Assembly (NCBI GenBank): GCA_050250895.1
Contig: JBFWNU010000001.1
Location: 128,001-192,000 of the forward strand
Length of the DNA: 64,000 bases
DNA from: Vulcanimicrobiota bacterium
Lineage (GTDB): Bacteria; Vulcanimicrobiota; Xenobia; Xenobiales; JADMJV01
Reading direction: 5' to 3'
How positions within the stretch are numbered: position 1 is the stretch's first letter; each line of letters opens with the position of its first letter. Shown piece after piece: positions 37,737-51,453 of this stretch. Both the position numbers and the translations under genes were made by a program. The notes below the pieces were generated by a model, which saw only the letters and a program-made list of their open reading frames with translations, made no database searches and was not told where the DNA came from.

Positions 37737-39367
37737 GTGCCTGACTTCGCCAACCCAATGACCCCATCACCTTTGTGCGACCAGTTACTGCTGCATGTCG
37801 ATGCCTTTAGTGAAGGCGAGCTCTCAGGCGAAGAACTCGCCGCCATCGCTTCGCAGCTGCGCCAGGGGCTGGCCAGGGCTCAGCAGCAAACCCTCGAAAA
37901 CCTGCGCCAACGGGCCCAGGGAACCGACGTGTCGGTTCAACTCGAGGTGTTCGAGCGCTCGTTTGACGACATGAGTCAGGCCCTCGAGTCGTTGATTCTG
38001 CTGGCCAACCATCCCGATGATGATGTGCTCGAAGCGACCCGCAGTCTGATCGTGCGGGCGGCCCACTCATCGAAACTGGCCATGGACCTGCACCAGCAGG
38101 CCGAATTCCAGGAGGGCCCAACTGAGATTCCCGTCCTCAACTTGATTCTCAGGCTGCGGGCCGCCTATCTCGAGCAGGCCGTTGGACGCGCTGAGGTGAC
38201 GCGAGCCATCGACAACCTGATGCAAACGAGTCAGACTGCCATCGCCGAGCTCGAAAAGTCTGCTCGGCGGACCCCTCCGATGGTCACGCTGATCGAGGCT
38301 TATCAGCGCCAGAACGAGTGCCTGGCGAACTACAAGGCTAAACTCGACCAGGCCGCTCCCCTCGAGGAAGAAGCCTTGATAGCCTCGTGTCACCAGGTTC
38401 GCCAGGCCATGGCCGGCCTCAATCGGGCCATCATGATCGAGGGCCCCTGCCGAATGGAGCGCACCAACGTCTTTCTCAACATCGCCTCGAACTATCATCA
38501 GGGCAAGCTGCCCGACGAGGTCTTTCTGGACGCTATCGAGGGGTTCTATCAAGAACTCGAAGCCGAGCAAGGCCGGGTCGAGCGGCTGGCCTCGCTTCCC
38601 AACGACAACGAACTGGTGCAAGAACAGGTCGAACTGGTGCGAGACGCTTACGAGGCTCACGCCCAGGCCCTGGAATGGTTCGAGGAATACGTAGAAGGCA
38701 ACAGCGAGCGCTACGAGGCCGCCCGGGAGCGCCTGGTGGTGGCCTCAGAAACCCTCAGCGACTGCAAAGCCTCGCTCGAGCAGATCGCCGACGAAGCCGG
38801 TAAACTCACCTGTGTCTTCTGCAGCGCCACCAACGATCCGACGGCTCGCATCTGCAGCCGCTGCGGGGCTCAGCTGCCGACTCCGGCCGGGGGCGACCGC
38901 TCCACCGTGAACTATCAAGAGGCCGATGGCGAGGCGAGCTTCGGCCAGGACGACTTCGAGATGACCGAAAACCTGGTGCGCCTTTTCGAGGCCGTCAACG
39001 CGGTGGCAGAAGGCACTATGGAAGACCCCGACTTTGAAGAGATCCTGGCCTGGCTTGACGGTCTGATGCTCGAAGCCCGGCGGGGGCTGCCCGACGTGCC
39101 CGACTTGCTGACCAATCAGGACCTCAAAGAGGCCGATCGCGAGCAGTTGGCCGGCCTGGAAGAGGAATTGACCCAGAAGCGTGGCCAGATTCGCGAGGCC
39201 ATCGACGAGTTTCGCGACAGCCTTAATCTCATGGCCGTCTTTTTGGACGATCATGATAAGGAACATTTGATGACCGGAGTGGTGGGTATTAAAGAAGCCA
39301 CTCAGAAGATGCAACGAGCCGAACGCCAGATACGACAACTGGCCGAGGCCGCCCAAAGAAAGAGCAA

Positions 39368-39371
<4 letters not shown>
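37737..39371 (+). CDS. all-helical repeat protein with zinc ribbon
   Basis: SD AGGAGG; CVFC...CSRCG zinc ribbon; four similar helical modules. Confidence 0.75.
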
Positions 39372-43005
<3,634 letters not shown>

Positions 43006-43006
<1 letters not shown>

Positions 43007-43407
43007 TGAGTGAGGAGCATTTCAAGCTCAGTCCTTTCTCGGCAGTAGCCGATGCTCTGGCCCGACTACTGGAAGACGAACTCGAGCCCGAACGCTTCTT
43101 GTCCATCGTCAACCGCGAGGAGCGGCTGATTCGCCGCTGGCTGAGCGAGCTACGGCGCTTGAAGCTGCCCGCCGACTATCCTGACGGAGAAGTCATCAGC
43201 GCGGCCGGCATCCAGGGGTGCCAGGAGATGCTCGACGGCCTAGCCCAGGTGCGCAGAGCTCTGGAAGAAGGCGACGACGAGGCGCTCGAGGCAGGCTACG
43301 ACCGGGTCTCGGAGGGTCACGAACTCATCGAGAAGCTGCTGGCCACCATCGCCACTATCAAAGAGAGAAACCAGGCTCAGTTGCTAGAAGACAATTTCTG
43401 GGCCTGA
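43006..43407 (+). CDS. small helical hypothetical protein
   Basis: TGATG coupling to metH; resembles one module of the 37737 protein. Confidence 0.7.
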
Positions 43408-44111
43408 GGTAGTGCGATCAGAACCCGGTTCATAGGAGTAAGGGCAGCCGCGATGGCCGACCATTCCACCCGAAAGCCGGCCGCCTCGAGGCGATAGGTT
43501 CGCTCGATGTCGCTGGCCAGCTCGACCCCCAGTGCCTCGCGCACGGCCCGAGGGCCTGCCCGCCCGGTGCCGGCGTAGCAACAGGGCACCAGCGCCATCG
43601 GCCCTCCCAGGCGAAGACCGAGCTCCAGACAGCGGTCGGTGCGGGTGCCACAGGCGTGGACCGCCACCAGGGCGGTGCCCGGCTCGAGCCGAGCCTGCTT
43701 GAGGGGCTGCTCGAGGTAGCGCACCCGGGAGCCCACCTCAGGAAACGCTTCTACCACGCTGTCGCGCACCACCGCGGCCATCTTGGGCAGAGTCTTGTCG
43801 AGCATGACCACCTCTTCCACCCCCGAGTCAAAAACAGCAAAGAGCAGGCCCGTCAGGCCGTGGCCGGCGCACAGATCGGCCACCCGGGGGGCCCGTAGGC
43901 GGCGACGGACACACGCATAGACCTCGAAGCTCTCGATCAACTCGCGCAAGCGGACGGCTCGGCTCTGGGCCAGGGCCTCGACCAGTCGACCGACCCGGCC
44001 CGACTGACCGAGGCGAAGAGCGCTGGCCGGGTCGATACGGTGCCGGCCCTGGTCGAGCCAGGCCCGGTCATGGTTGAGCTGTTTGAAGACGCGAAATCCA
44101 GGATCCGTCAT
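43377..44111 (-). CDS. SAM-dependent methyltransferase domain protein
   Basis: VADLCAGHGLTG, VHACG..TD, VPCCY. Confidence 0.85.
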   Translation of the reverse strand: MTDPGFRVFKQLNHDRAWLDQGRHRIDPASALRLGQSGRVGRLVEALAQSRAVRLRELIESFEVYACVRRRLRAPRVADLCAGHGLTGLLFAVFDSGVEEVVMLDKTLPKMAAVVRDSVVEAFPEVGSRVRYLEQPLKQARLEPGTALVAVHACGTRTDRCLELGLRLGGPMALVPCCYAGTGRAGPRAVREALGVELASDIERTYRLEAAGFRVEWSAIAAALTPMNRVLIALPQAQKLSSSN

Positions 44112-44144
44112 AGCTACTCCGGAATAGCCGGTTCGGAGCCGACC

Positions 44145-44897
44145 TTGCAAACCCTCGGAAAACATAGCCCACGTTTCAAAGCCTGGTGCCGCCTGGGCGA
44201 CGCCCGCGCTCGCCGCGAACAGCGCTTGACCCTGGCCGAAGGGCCCGAGGTCGTGGCCGAGCTCTTGGCCAGCTCGTGGGAGGTAGAGGCCGTGCTGGTC
44301 GAGGCCGGCCGCCATCCTCACCTCGAACGGCAGGCCCAGGGCCGAGCCGAGTTACTCGCGCTCGAGCCCCAGCAGTTGAGCCGCTTGACGTCCGCTCAGA
44401 CCAGTCAGGGGGTGGTGGCTATTGCGCGCCCCCCCGAAACTCGCGTCCATCTCGCCGATGTCGACTTTGCCCTGCTGCTCGAAGACCTGCATGACCCCGG
44501 CAATCTGGGCGCCCTGGCCCGCACCGCCCGGGCCGCCGCCGTGCAGGCGTTGGTGGTCACGGGCGGCACCGATCCCTACGGCCCCAAAGCTCTGCGGGCG
44601 GCCGCCGGCGCCCTCTTTCATTTGCCGGTAACTCGCCTGGAAGACCCGCTCGAGGTGCTAAAGGCTGGACCGGAACTGGTCTGCGCCGTGGCCAGAGGCG
44701 GCCAGCCTCTGTTCGAGGCGAAGCTGGAGGGACGGATTGCCATAGCTTTAGGCAACGAAAAGCGCGGCCTATCTGACCAACTTTTGACCGCGGCGACCCG
44801 GTTAGTCACCATCCCCATGGCGGGGGGGTGTGAGTCTCTCAACGTTGCCGTTAGTGGAGCCCTGTTGATGTACGAGAGAGTCCGTCGATGCGGTTGA
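44145..44897 (+). CDS. TrmH/SpoU family RNA methyltransferase
   Basis: DPGNLGALAR, GNEKRG, IPM...ESLNVA; start inferred (TTG). Confidence 0.92.
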   Translation: MQTLGKHSPRFKAWCRLGDARARREQRLTLAEGPEVVAELLASSWEVEAVLVEAGRHPHLERQAQGRAELLALEPQQLSRLTSAQTSQGVVAIARPPETRVHLADVDFALLLEDLHDPGNLGALARTARAAAVQALVVTGGTDPYGPKALRAAAGALFHLPVTRLEDPLEVLKAGPELVCAVARGGQPLFEAKLEGRIAIALGNEKRGLSDQLLTAATRLVTIPMAGGCESLNVAVSGALLMYERVRRCG

Positions 44898-44922
44898 CAA
44901 AGCTTGTGAATTCCTTCACAAT
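44894..44922 (+). promoter_or_regulatory. sigma70 promoter overlapped by a Rex operator
   Basis: TTGACA-N17-CACAAT; perfect TTGTGAA-TTCC-TTCACAA palindrome at 44904-44921. Confidence 0.85.
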
Positions 44923-44967
44923 GTGGGGACTAATTTCTTAGGGGACGTGGGAAGCCAGGAGCCTTTC

Positions 44968-46821
44968 ATGCTGGCCCAAGACCAGACAGAAAGGTCTCGA
45001 GACGGGGGTATGGAGACCGTGAATCATCAGACCGAGGAGGGTGTAACGCCCGCCCGGTTTACTTCGTTTGTACGAGTTCTGGCTGTTTGCACAGCCCTGC
45101 TCGTATTCGTTGGAGCCATGGTCACGACCACCGGCTCTGGATTGTCAGTGCCCGACTGGCCCCTATCGTTCGGACGTCTTAACCCCCGCATGGTCGGGGG
45201 TGTGTTTTTCGAGCACGGCCATCGTCTGGTGGCAGCTGCGGTCGGTTTTCTGACTCTGATCGCCGCCTTTTGGGCCAGTCTGGTGCAGGCTCCCCGGTTC
45301 GTGCGTCGGGCCGCCTGGTTTGCTCTGGGCCTGGTCATCCTGCAGGGCCTGCTGGGCGGTTTGACGGTGCTGATGAAGCTTCCCACCGCCGTCTCGGTGG
45401 CCCACGGTTGCACCGCCCAACTCTTCTTGTGCACCATCGTGGCGCTGGTGCTGCTGACCACGCCCGCTTTCGTGGACGCCGACTGCCGCATTACCGGACC
45501 TTCGGCCTCGAGTCTGCGACTCGGTTCGGTGACGGCTCTTATCATCGTTTTTCTCCAGCTGGTGGTGGGGGCAACCATGCGTCATATGGGGGCCGGCTTG
45601 ATCATCCCCGACTTTCCCACCTCGATGGGACGGCTGGTGCCTCCCCTGGTCACCCTCGAGATCTGCATCAATTTTGCCCATCGCTGCCTGGCGGTGATGG
45701 TGTTGCTGGCCGTCGGCCTGCTGGTGGCTCGAATCTACCGCGAACACAGCCAGCAGCCCGCTCTGCCCAAACTGGCTCTGGGCCTTTCGGGGTTGGTTCT
45801 GGTCCAGATTACGCTGGGCGCTCTCACGGTCTGGAGCCGGCGCGGTCTCTTTCCCACCTCGCTGCATGTGATGAATGGCGCGCTGGTGCTGGCCACCACC
45901 TTCGCTATCGTGCTCTGGTCCTACCGGCTGACCAGCGCGCGCCGCCAATCTGGCATCGTCGAAACGACCGCCACCGGCACGCGCGCCGACTGGATGGAGC
46001 TGGCCAAGATGCGGCTGGTTACCCTGTCGGCTTTCACGGCCGGCTGTGGCTACTGGCTGAGCACCAGCCAACCTCGGTGGAGCGTCCTGGCTATGGTGGT
46101 GGTCGGCATCTTCTTGCTGGGTGGCGGCTCGAGCGTGCTCAACCACGTCTTCGAGGTTGAGACCGACGCTTTGATGGCCCGCACCCGCAATCGCCCCCTG
46201 CCGGCCGGCCGAGTCTCGACGGTCATGGCCGAGCGAGTCGGAGCGGCTCTGGGATTGGGCGGCGTGCTGTTCCTGGGAGTGGCGGTTCGCCCCCTGTGCG
46301 GCATCCTCGCCCTGCTGGCCATGGTCAGCTATCTCTTTATCTACACTCCCCTCAAGCGCACGACCCCGATGTGCACCCTGGTAGGAGCCGTGCCCGGCGC
46401 TCTTCCGGTCTTGATCGGCTGGACGGCCGGCACAGGTCGGCTCGATATTGGCGGCTGGATCCTGTTTCTGATCCTGTTCGTCTGGCAGCTTCCCCACTTC
46501 ATGGCCATTGCCTGGCTGTGCCGAGAAGACTACGCCAAAGCGGGACTGCCCATGCTAACCGTGGTGGACCCCGCCGGTGGCCTGGCCTCTCTGCAAACGC
46601 TGGTCTACTGTCTGGCGCTGGTACCCATCAGCCTGGCCCCGACCCTCTATGGCATGACCGGCCTGCTATATTCTTTTATCGCCCTGGTTCTCGGGGTGAT
46701 CTATCTGGTCTTCGGCGTGAGGATGAGCCGCGAAAGAACAACTGTTCGCGCCCGTCAACTGCTGATGGCCTCGGTAATCTACCTTCCCCTCCTCTACGGA
46801 GCGATGATGATCAATCGTTAG
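44968..46821 (+). CDS. fused heme A synthase (CtaA/COX15) and protoheme IX farnesyltransferase (CtaB/CyoE)
   Basis: N-half EHGHRL, VAHG, FAHR, SLHV; C-half DALMARTRNRPLP, YTPLKR, WQLPHF, DYAKAGLPML. Confidence 0.92.
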   Translation: MLAQDQTERSRDGGMETVNHQTEEGVTPARFTSFVRVLAVCTALLVFVGAMVTTTGSGLSVPDWPLSFGRLNPRMVGGVFFEHGHRLVAAAVGFLTLIAAFWASLVQAPRFVRRAAWFALGLVILQGLLGGLTVLMKLPTAVSVAHGCTAQLFLCTIVALVLLTTPAFVDADCRITGPSASSLRLGSVTALIIVFLQLVVGATMRHMGAGLIIPDFPTSMGRLVPPLVTLEICINFAHRCLAVMVLLAVGLLVARIYREHSQQPALPKLALGLSGLVLVQITLGALTVWSRRGLFPTSLHVMNGALVLATTFAIVLWSYRLTSARRQSGIVETTATGTRADWMELAKMRLVTLSAFTAGCGYWLSTSQPRWSVLAMVVVGIFLLGGGSSVLNHVFEVETDALMARTRNRPLPAGRVSTVMAERVGAALGLGGVLFLGVAVRPLCGILALLAMVSYLFIYTPLKRTTPMCTLVGAVPGALPVLIGWTAGTGRLDIGGWILFLILFVWQLPHFMAIAWLCREDYAKAGLPMLTVVDPAGGLASLQTLVYCLALVPISLAPTLYGMTGLLYSFIALVLGVIYLVFGVRMSRERTTVRARQLLMASVIYLPLLYGAMMINR

Positions 46822-46911
46822 GTTGGGAAGGAAACTCGTGAATAGACTGAAAACGGTTGTGGATCGGGCGCCGAGATGGTGACCGATCGATTGGATCCTC
46901 AGAGGAAAGTT

Positions 46912-48024
46912 ATGCATATACGTCGCTGGAAACGAGCAGGTCTAACGGGCTATATCGCCCTGCTGCTTCTCACCCTGGCGGGCTGCGGACTGCAAGGCCC
47001 ACAAAGCACTTTGGACCCTTCCGGGCCGGTAGCCCAATACCAGATGAATGTCTTTCTCGTCACCTTCTGGGTGTCGGTGGGCATCTTTCTCGTAGTCGGC
47101 AGTTTCATGGTGTTCTGCCTCTACAAGTTCCGCCACACGGGCGAGGTCAAGCGGGGCGAGAACCTTCCTGACCAGGGGCACGGCAGTGCCATTGTCGAGT
47201 TGGGCCTGATCCTGGTCTCGGTCGGCCTGGTAGGCATCATGGTGCTCCCGACCCTGCAGGGCATTTTCTGGGTCGGCACTCTACCGCCTCAAGAGAACCC
47301 TCTGGTCATCAAAGTGACCGGCCTGCAGTGGTGGTGGCGCTTCGAGTATCCCGAAGAGGGTGTAGTAACCGGCAACGAACTGGCCATTCCGGCCGGCCGG
47401 CCGGTGAAGTTCGAACTGCACACCGCCGACGTCATTCACTCCTTCTGGGTTCCCCGCCTGGGCGGCAAAATGGACCTGATGCCGGGCCAGGACAACTGGC
47501 TCTGGCTCGAGGCCGACCCGGACATGAAGGACGCCGTGCCGTTGCCTGAGGATTCGCCCTTCCAGGGCAGCTACTTCTACGGTCAGTGCGCCGAGTTCTG
47601 TGGCGAGTCCCACGCCTTCATGCGCTTCCGCGTGGTGGTGCTCGATGACACCAATTTCCAGAAGTGGGTCGAACATCAAAAGAGCGATGCCGTGAGTCCG
47701 TCCACCGTAGCCGAAGACCTGGGCCAGCAGGCGTTCATGAAGAACCAGTGTGCCAGCTGCCACACCATTCGCGGCGTCAAAGGCGCGGGTGGCATGGTCG
47801 GTCCCGACCTGACCCATGTCGGCAGCCGCGTCAGCATCGCGGCCGGCATCATGGACAACAACGTCGACAATTTGATCAAGTGGATTCACACTCCCAACTA
47901 TTACAAGCCGGGCAACATCATGTATAAGACCGGCTATGCCCCCAAAGAAGAGGGTGGCATGGGCGTCCAATTGTCCGACGACGACGTGGTCAACCTGGCC
48001 AAATATCTGTACAGCCTGAAGTGA
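46912..48024 (+). CDS. coxB: caa3-type cytochrome c oxidase subunit II with fused cytochrome c (lipoprotein)
   Basis: LAGC lipobox, QWWW, DVIHSFWVP, CAEFCGESHAFM CuA site, CASCH. Confidence 0.96.
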   Translation: MHIRRWKRAGLTGYIALLLLTLAGCGLQGPQSTLDPSGPVAQYQMNVFLVTFWVSVGIFLVVGSFMVFCLYKFRHTGEVKRGENLPDQGHGSAIVELGLILVSVGLVGIMVLPTLQGIFWVGTLPPQENPLVIKVTGLQWWWRFEYPEEGVVTGNELAIPAGRPVKFELHTADVIHSFWVPRLGGKMDLMPGQDNWLWLEADPDMKDAVPLPEDSPFQGSYFYGQCAEFCGESHAFMRFRVVVLDDTNFQKWVEHQKSDAVSPSTVAEDLGQQAFMKNQCASCHTIRGVKGAGGMVGPDLTHVGSRVSIAAGIMDNNVDNLIKWIHTPNYYKPGNIMYKTGYAPKEEGGMGVQLSDDDVVNLAKYLYSLK

Positions 48025-48034
48025 GGTAGACGTT

Positions 48035-49969
48035 TTGTCCTCCGAGAATATGCACATAGAACCCGCCCACGAAAAGGGATTTTTCGATAGCATCCTGGGC
48101 CGCCAGGTAGAACCCAACGGACTGGTCGGCTGGCTGACCACCGTGGACCATAAACGGATCGGTATCCTCTACGGAGTTACCGCCCTGGTCTGGTTCATCG
48201 TCGGCGGCCTTGAAGCTCTGGCCATCCGCGTGCAACTGCATCGTCCCGAAATGCGAGACTTCGTTACCCCCGAGGTCTACAACCAGCTGTTTACGATGCA
48301 CGGCACCACCATGATCTTCCTGGTAGTCATGCCGCTGGCCGTGGCTTTCTTCAACTTTATCGTGCCCCTCCAGATTGGGGCTCGCGACGTGGCCTTTCCC
48401 CGGCTCAATGCATTCAGTTACTGGATGTTCTTGTTCGGCAGCCTGATCCTCAACGCCAGCTGGTTTCTCGGCGGCGCCCCCAATCAAGGTTGGTTCGGCT
48501 ACGCGCCGTTAACGGAGCATGCCTACAATCCGGGCCATCAGGTCGACTTCTGGATCGTCGGTCTGCAGATTCTGGGCGTGGCATCCATCGCCGGCGCCCT
48601 GAACTTCATCACCACCATCGTCAACATGAGGGCGCCGGGTATGACGTTCATGCGCATGCCGGTCTTCACCTGGATGACGCTGGTGACGGCCTTCCTGCTG
48701 ATCCTGGCCTTCCCGGCCATCACCATCGCGCTGGTCGAGTTGATGTTCGACCGTCTCTTCCACACCAACTTCTTCATCGCCGAAAAGGGCGGGCTGCCGA
48801 TCTTCTGGCAGCATCTCTTCTGGGTGTTCGGTCACCCGGAAGTCTACATCCTGATCTTGCCCCCGATGGGCATGGTCAGCGAAGTGCTGCCGGTCTTCTC
48901 GCGCAAGCCCCTGTTCGGCTATCCTCTGGTGGTCGGCTCGGGTGCCGCCATCGGCTTCATGGGCTTCACCGTCTGGAGCCACCACATGTTCACCACCGGC
49001 CTGGGCAACATCGCCGTGGCCGCCTTTGCCCTGACCACGATGGCCATCGCGGTACCGACCGGCGTGAAGATCTTCAACTGGGTGGGCACGCTCTACAAAG
49101 GCCAGTTGCTGATGCGGGTGCCCATGCTGTTTGCCCTGGGCTTCATCTACCAGTTCATGATGGGTGGCTTCTCGGGCCTGATGCACGCCTCGCCGCCCCA
49201 CGACATGCAGCAGCAAGACACCTACTACATCGTGGCCCACTTCCACTACGTGCTGATCGGGGGCGCCATCTTCGGCACTTTCGCCGGCATCTATTACTGG
49301 TTCCCCAAGATCACCGGCCGCATGCTGAGCGAGAAGAAGGGCAAGGCCGTCTTCTGGGCGCTCTTCATCGGTTTCAACCTCACCTTCTTCCCGATGCACT
49401 GGCTGGGCCTCAACGGCATGCCTCGCCGCATCTATACCTACAGCTCGGACATGGGTTGGAACGAACTCAATATGCTGTGCACCATCGGGGCCTTCCTGAT
49501 GGCCGGCGCCGTGCTGATGTTCTTCATCGACGTGCTACGCTCGGTCAAACAGGGCGCGGCCTGCGAACAGGATCCCTGGGATGCTCGCACCCTCGAGTGG
49601 AGCATCCCTTCGCCTCCGCCGGTCTACAACTTCAAAGAGACCCCTCACGTCAACCATCTCGACGACTATTGGTACACCAAGTATCCCGACGCTCTTCACC
49701 ACCACGAGGATGATGACCACGACGGGCACGATGAGGAGCACCCTCCTCACCACCACGATCACGATGCGCACGGTATTCACATGCCGGGCGGCTCATGGTT
49801 TCCGATGTTCGCCGCGCTCGGCTTCTGCATCGGTGGCTGGGGCCTCATCCATAGCTGGTTCCCGCTGGCCATTGTCGGTGGGTTGCTGGGCGTCACTGGC
49901 ATCTTCTGCTGGGCTATGGAGCCCATCGGCGGATACTACATTCACTTCGAGGAAGCCAAGAAAGCATGA
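48035..49969 (+). CDS. ctaD: cytochrome c oxidase subunit I (A1 type)
   Basis: TVDHKRIG, HGTTMIF, GHPEVY, WSHHMF, HFHY. Confidence 0.98.
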   Translation: MSSENMHIEPAHEKGFFDSILGRQVEPNGLVGWLTTVDHKRIGILYGVTALVWFIVGGLEALAIRVQLHRPEMRDFVTPEVYNQLFTMHGTTMIFLVVMPLAVAFFNFIVPLQIGARDVAFPRLNAFSYWMFLFGSLILNASWFLGGAPNQGWFGYAPLTEHAYNPGHQVDFWIVGLQILGVASIAGALNFITTIVNMRAPGMTFMRMPVFTWMTLVTAFLLILAFPAITIALVELMFDRLFHTNFFIAEKGGLPIFWQHLFWVFGHPEVYILILPPMGMVSEVLPVFSRKPLFGYPLVVGSGAAIGFMGFTVWSHHMFTTGLGNIAVAAFALTTMAIAVPTGVKIFNWVGTLYKGQLLMRVPMLFALGFIYQFMMGGFSGLMHASPPHDMQQQDTYYIVAHFHYVLIGGAIFGTFAGIYYWFPKITGRMLSEKKGKAVFWALFIGFNLTFFPMHWLGLNGMPRRIYTYSSDMGWNELNMLCTIGAFLMAGAVLMFFIDVLRSVKQGAACEQDPWDARTLEWSIPSPPPVYNFKETPHVNHLDDYWYTKYPDALHHHEDDDHDGHDEEHPPHHHDHDAHGIHMPGGSWFPMFAALGFCIGGWGLIHSWFPLAIVGGLLGVTGIFCWAMEPIGGYYIHFEEAKKA

Positions 49970-50577
49970 GTTCACACGCACACCCCATCGAGAATCCCCA
50001 CGAGATAGGCTGTACCGGCTATCCTCACCGCAAGATCCTGATGTGGCTGTTTCTCGCCTCGGACTGCATGTTCTTCGGCAGCCTGATCAGCACATATCTG
50101 GTCTATCGCGGCCGCAGCGTGGCTCACCCGCTGCCCGAAGAGGTCTTCGATATCCCGCTGACTTCCACCAGCAGCTTCGTGCTGCTGATGAGTTCCTACC
50201 TGATGGTGCTGACCCTCAATGCCGTCGAGCGGGGCGACATCGCCAGGTTCCGACTCTGGTGTGCCGGTACCGCCTTCTTCGGCAGCATCTTTCTGGGCTT
50301 TCAGATCTACGAGTTCACCCACTTCGTACATAACGGTCTAACGCTCTCGTCGAACATCTTCGGCAGCACCTTCTTCGTGCTGACCGGCACTCACGGCTGC
50401 CACGTCGCCATCGGCGTCTTGTGGCTCAGCGCGCTATTCATCTACTCGTTCGTGCCAAACGGAGTCACTCCGGCCCGGGCTCTTGACGTCGAAATCGCCG
50501 GCCTCTACTGGCACTTCGTCGACATTGTCTGGATCGTGATCTTCACGGCCGTCTATCTACTCGAGTACATCATCTAA
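49966..50577 (+). CDS. ctaE: cytochrome c oxidase subunit III
   Basis: WLFLASD, FFVLTGTHGCHV, LYWHFVDIVW. Confidence 0.95.
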   Translation: MSSHAHPIENPHEIGCTGYPHRKILMWLFLASDCMFFGSLISTYLVYRGRSVAHPLPEEVFDIPLTSTSSFVLLMSSYLMVLTLNAVERGDIARFRLWCAGTAFFGSIFLGFQIYEFTHFVHNGLTLSSNIFGSTFFVLTGTHGCHVAIGVLWLSALFIYSFVPNGVTPARALDVEIAGLYWHFVDIVWIVIFTAVYLLEYII

Positions 50578-50588
50578 GGAAGGCAACA

Positions 50589-51041
50589 ATGTCCGACGAA
50601 TTCAACCAGAAAAGAACCTTTTCGGCGGCCGTTCGCTACACGATCGTGGCCCTCGTTCTGGGCCTCATTACCGCCTTCGAGGTGGCCGTACTCTATCCAC
50701 CGTTAGCCCACGCTCAGGACACCCCCAAGATCGTCTTGTTGGTAGTCCTGTCGGTCCTGAAGTTCGTGTTGGTGGTAGCGCTCTTCATGCATCTGTGGCA
50801 AGACCCTTTCCTCTACACCGCCTTGTTCGGCCTGGGATTGGTGCTGGCTTGCGGCACGATGGTTGCGCTGGTGACCCTGCTGGGTGTGTATAGCCCCCCC
50901 AAAGACGCGGTCCATGTCGATCCCTCCCGCGAAGTTCACCACATGCCGGCCGAGGACGAAGGAGCCGGGGCAGGGCACAGCTACCAGAGCTTCGGACGTA
51001 GTCTGGCTGAATTTCATGCCCGACAGGAGCTGTGCGCTTGA
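50589..51041 (+). CDS. cytochrome c oxidase subunit IV family protein
   Basis: ITAFEV, KFVLVVALFMHL; position in operon. Confidence 0.85.
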   Translation: MSDEFNQKRTFSAAVRYTIVALVLGLITAFEVAVLYPPLAHAQDTPKIVLLVVLSVLKFVLVVALFMHLWQDPFLYTALFGLGLVLACGTMVALVTLLGVYSPPKDAVHVDPSREVHHMPAEDEGAGAGHSYQSFGRSLAEFHARQELCA

Positions 51042-51042
51042 T

Positions 51043-51453
51043 GTGACCAGGCAGCAACTCATCGCTCTGTTCATCGCCCTGGCGGCGTTGTTCGGAGGAT
51101 GGGCCTACCATACACGCAAGGGGGCCTTCACCCCACCGCCCGAAGTGGCGGGAGAACCGGGGGCGGAGGCCTTTTTTCGTCTCGGCTGCGTGCAGTGCCA
51201 TGCGGTCAGCGGACTCGAGGGCGCCAACGGCACTCTGGGGCCCCCGCTGGATGGATTAGCCGAGCGAGCGGCTACCAGGGTTAAGGGTATCGACGCCCGG
51301 GAATACGTCAAACAGTCGATTCTCGAACCAGCCGCCTTTCAACCCGAGGGCTTTCTCAACGTGATGCCCTCCTTCAAAGACCAGCTGTCTCCGCAGGAAC
51401 TGGACACCCTGGTCGACTGGTTGCTCAGCTTGGAGCCAAAACATGAATCTTGA
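51043..51453 (+). CDS. membrane-anchored monoheme cytochrome c
   Basis: CVQCH, GPPLDG, SILEP, MPSF. Confidence 0.9.
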   Translation: MTRQQLIALFIALAALFGGWAYHTRKGAFTPPPEVAGEPGAEAFFRLGCVQCHAVSGLEGANGTLGPPLDGLAERAATRVKGIDAREYVKQSILEPAAFQPEGFLNVMPSFKDQLSPQELDTLVDWLLSLEPKHES

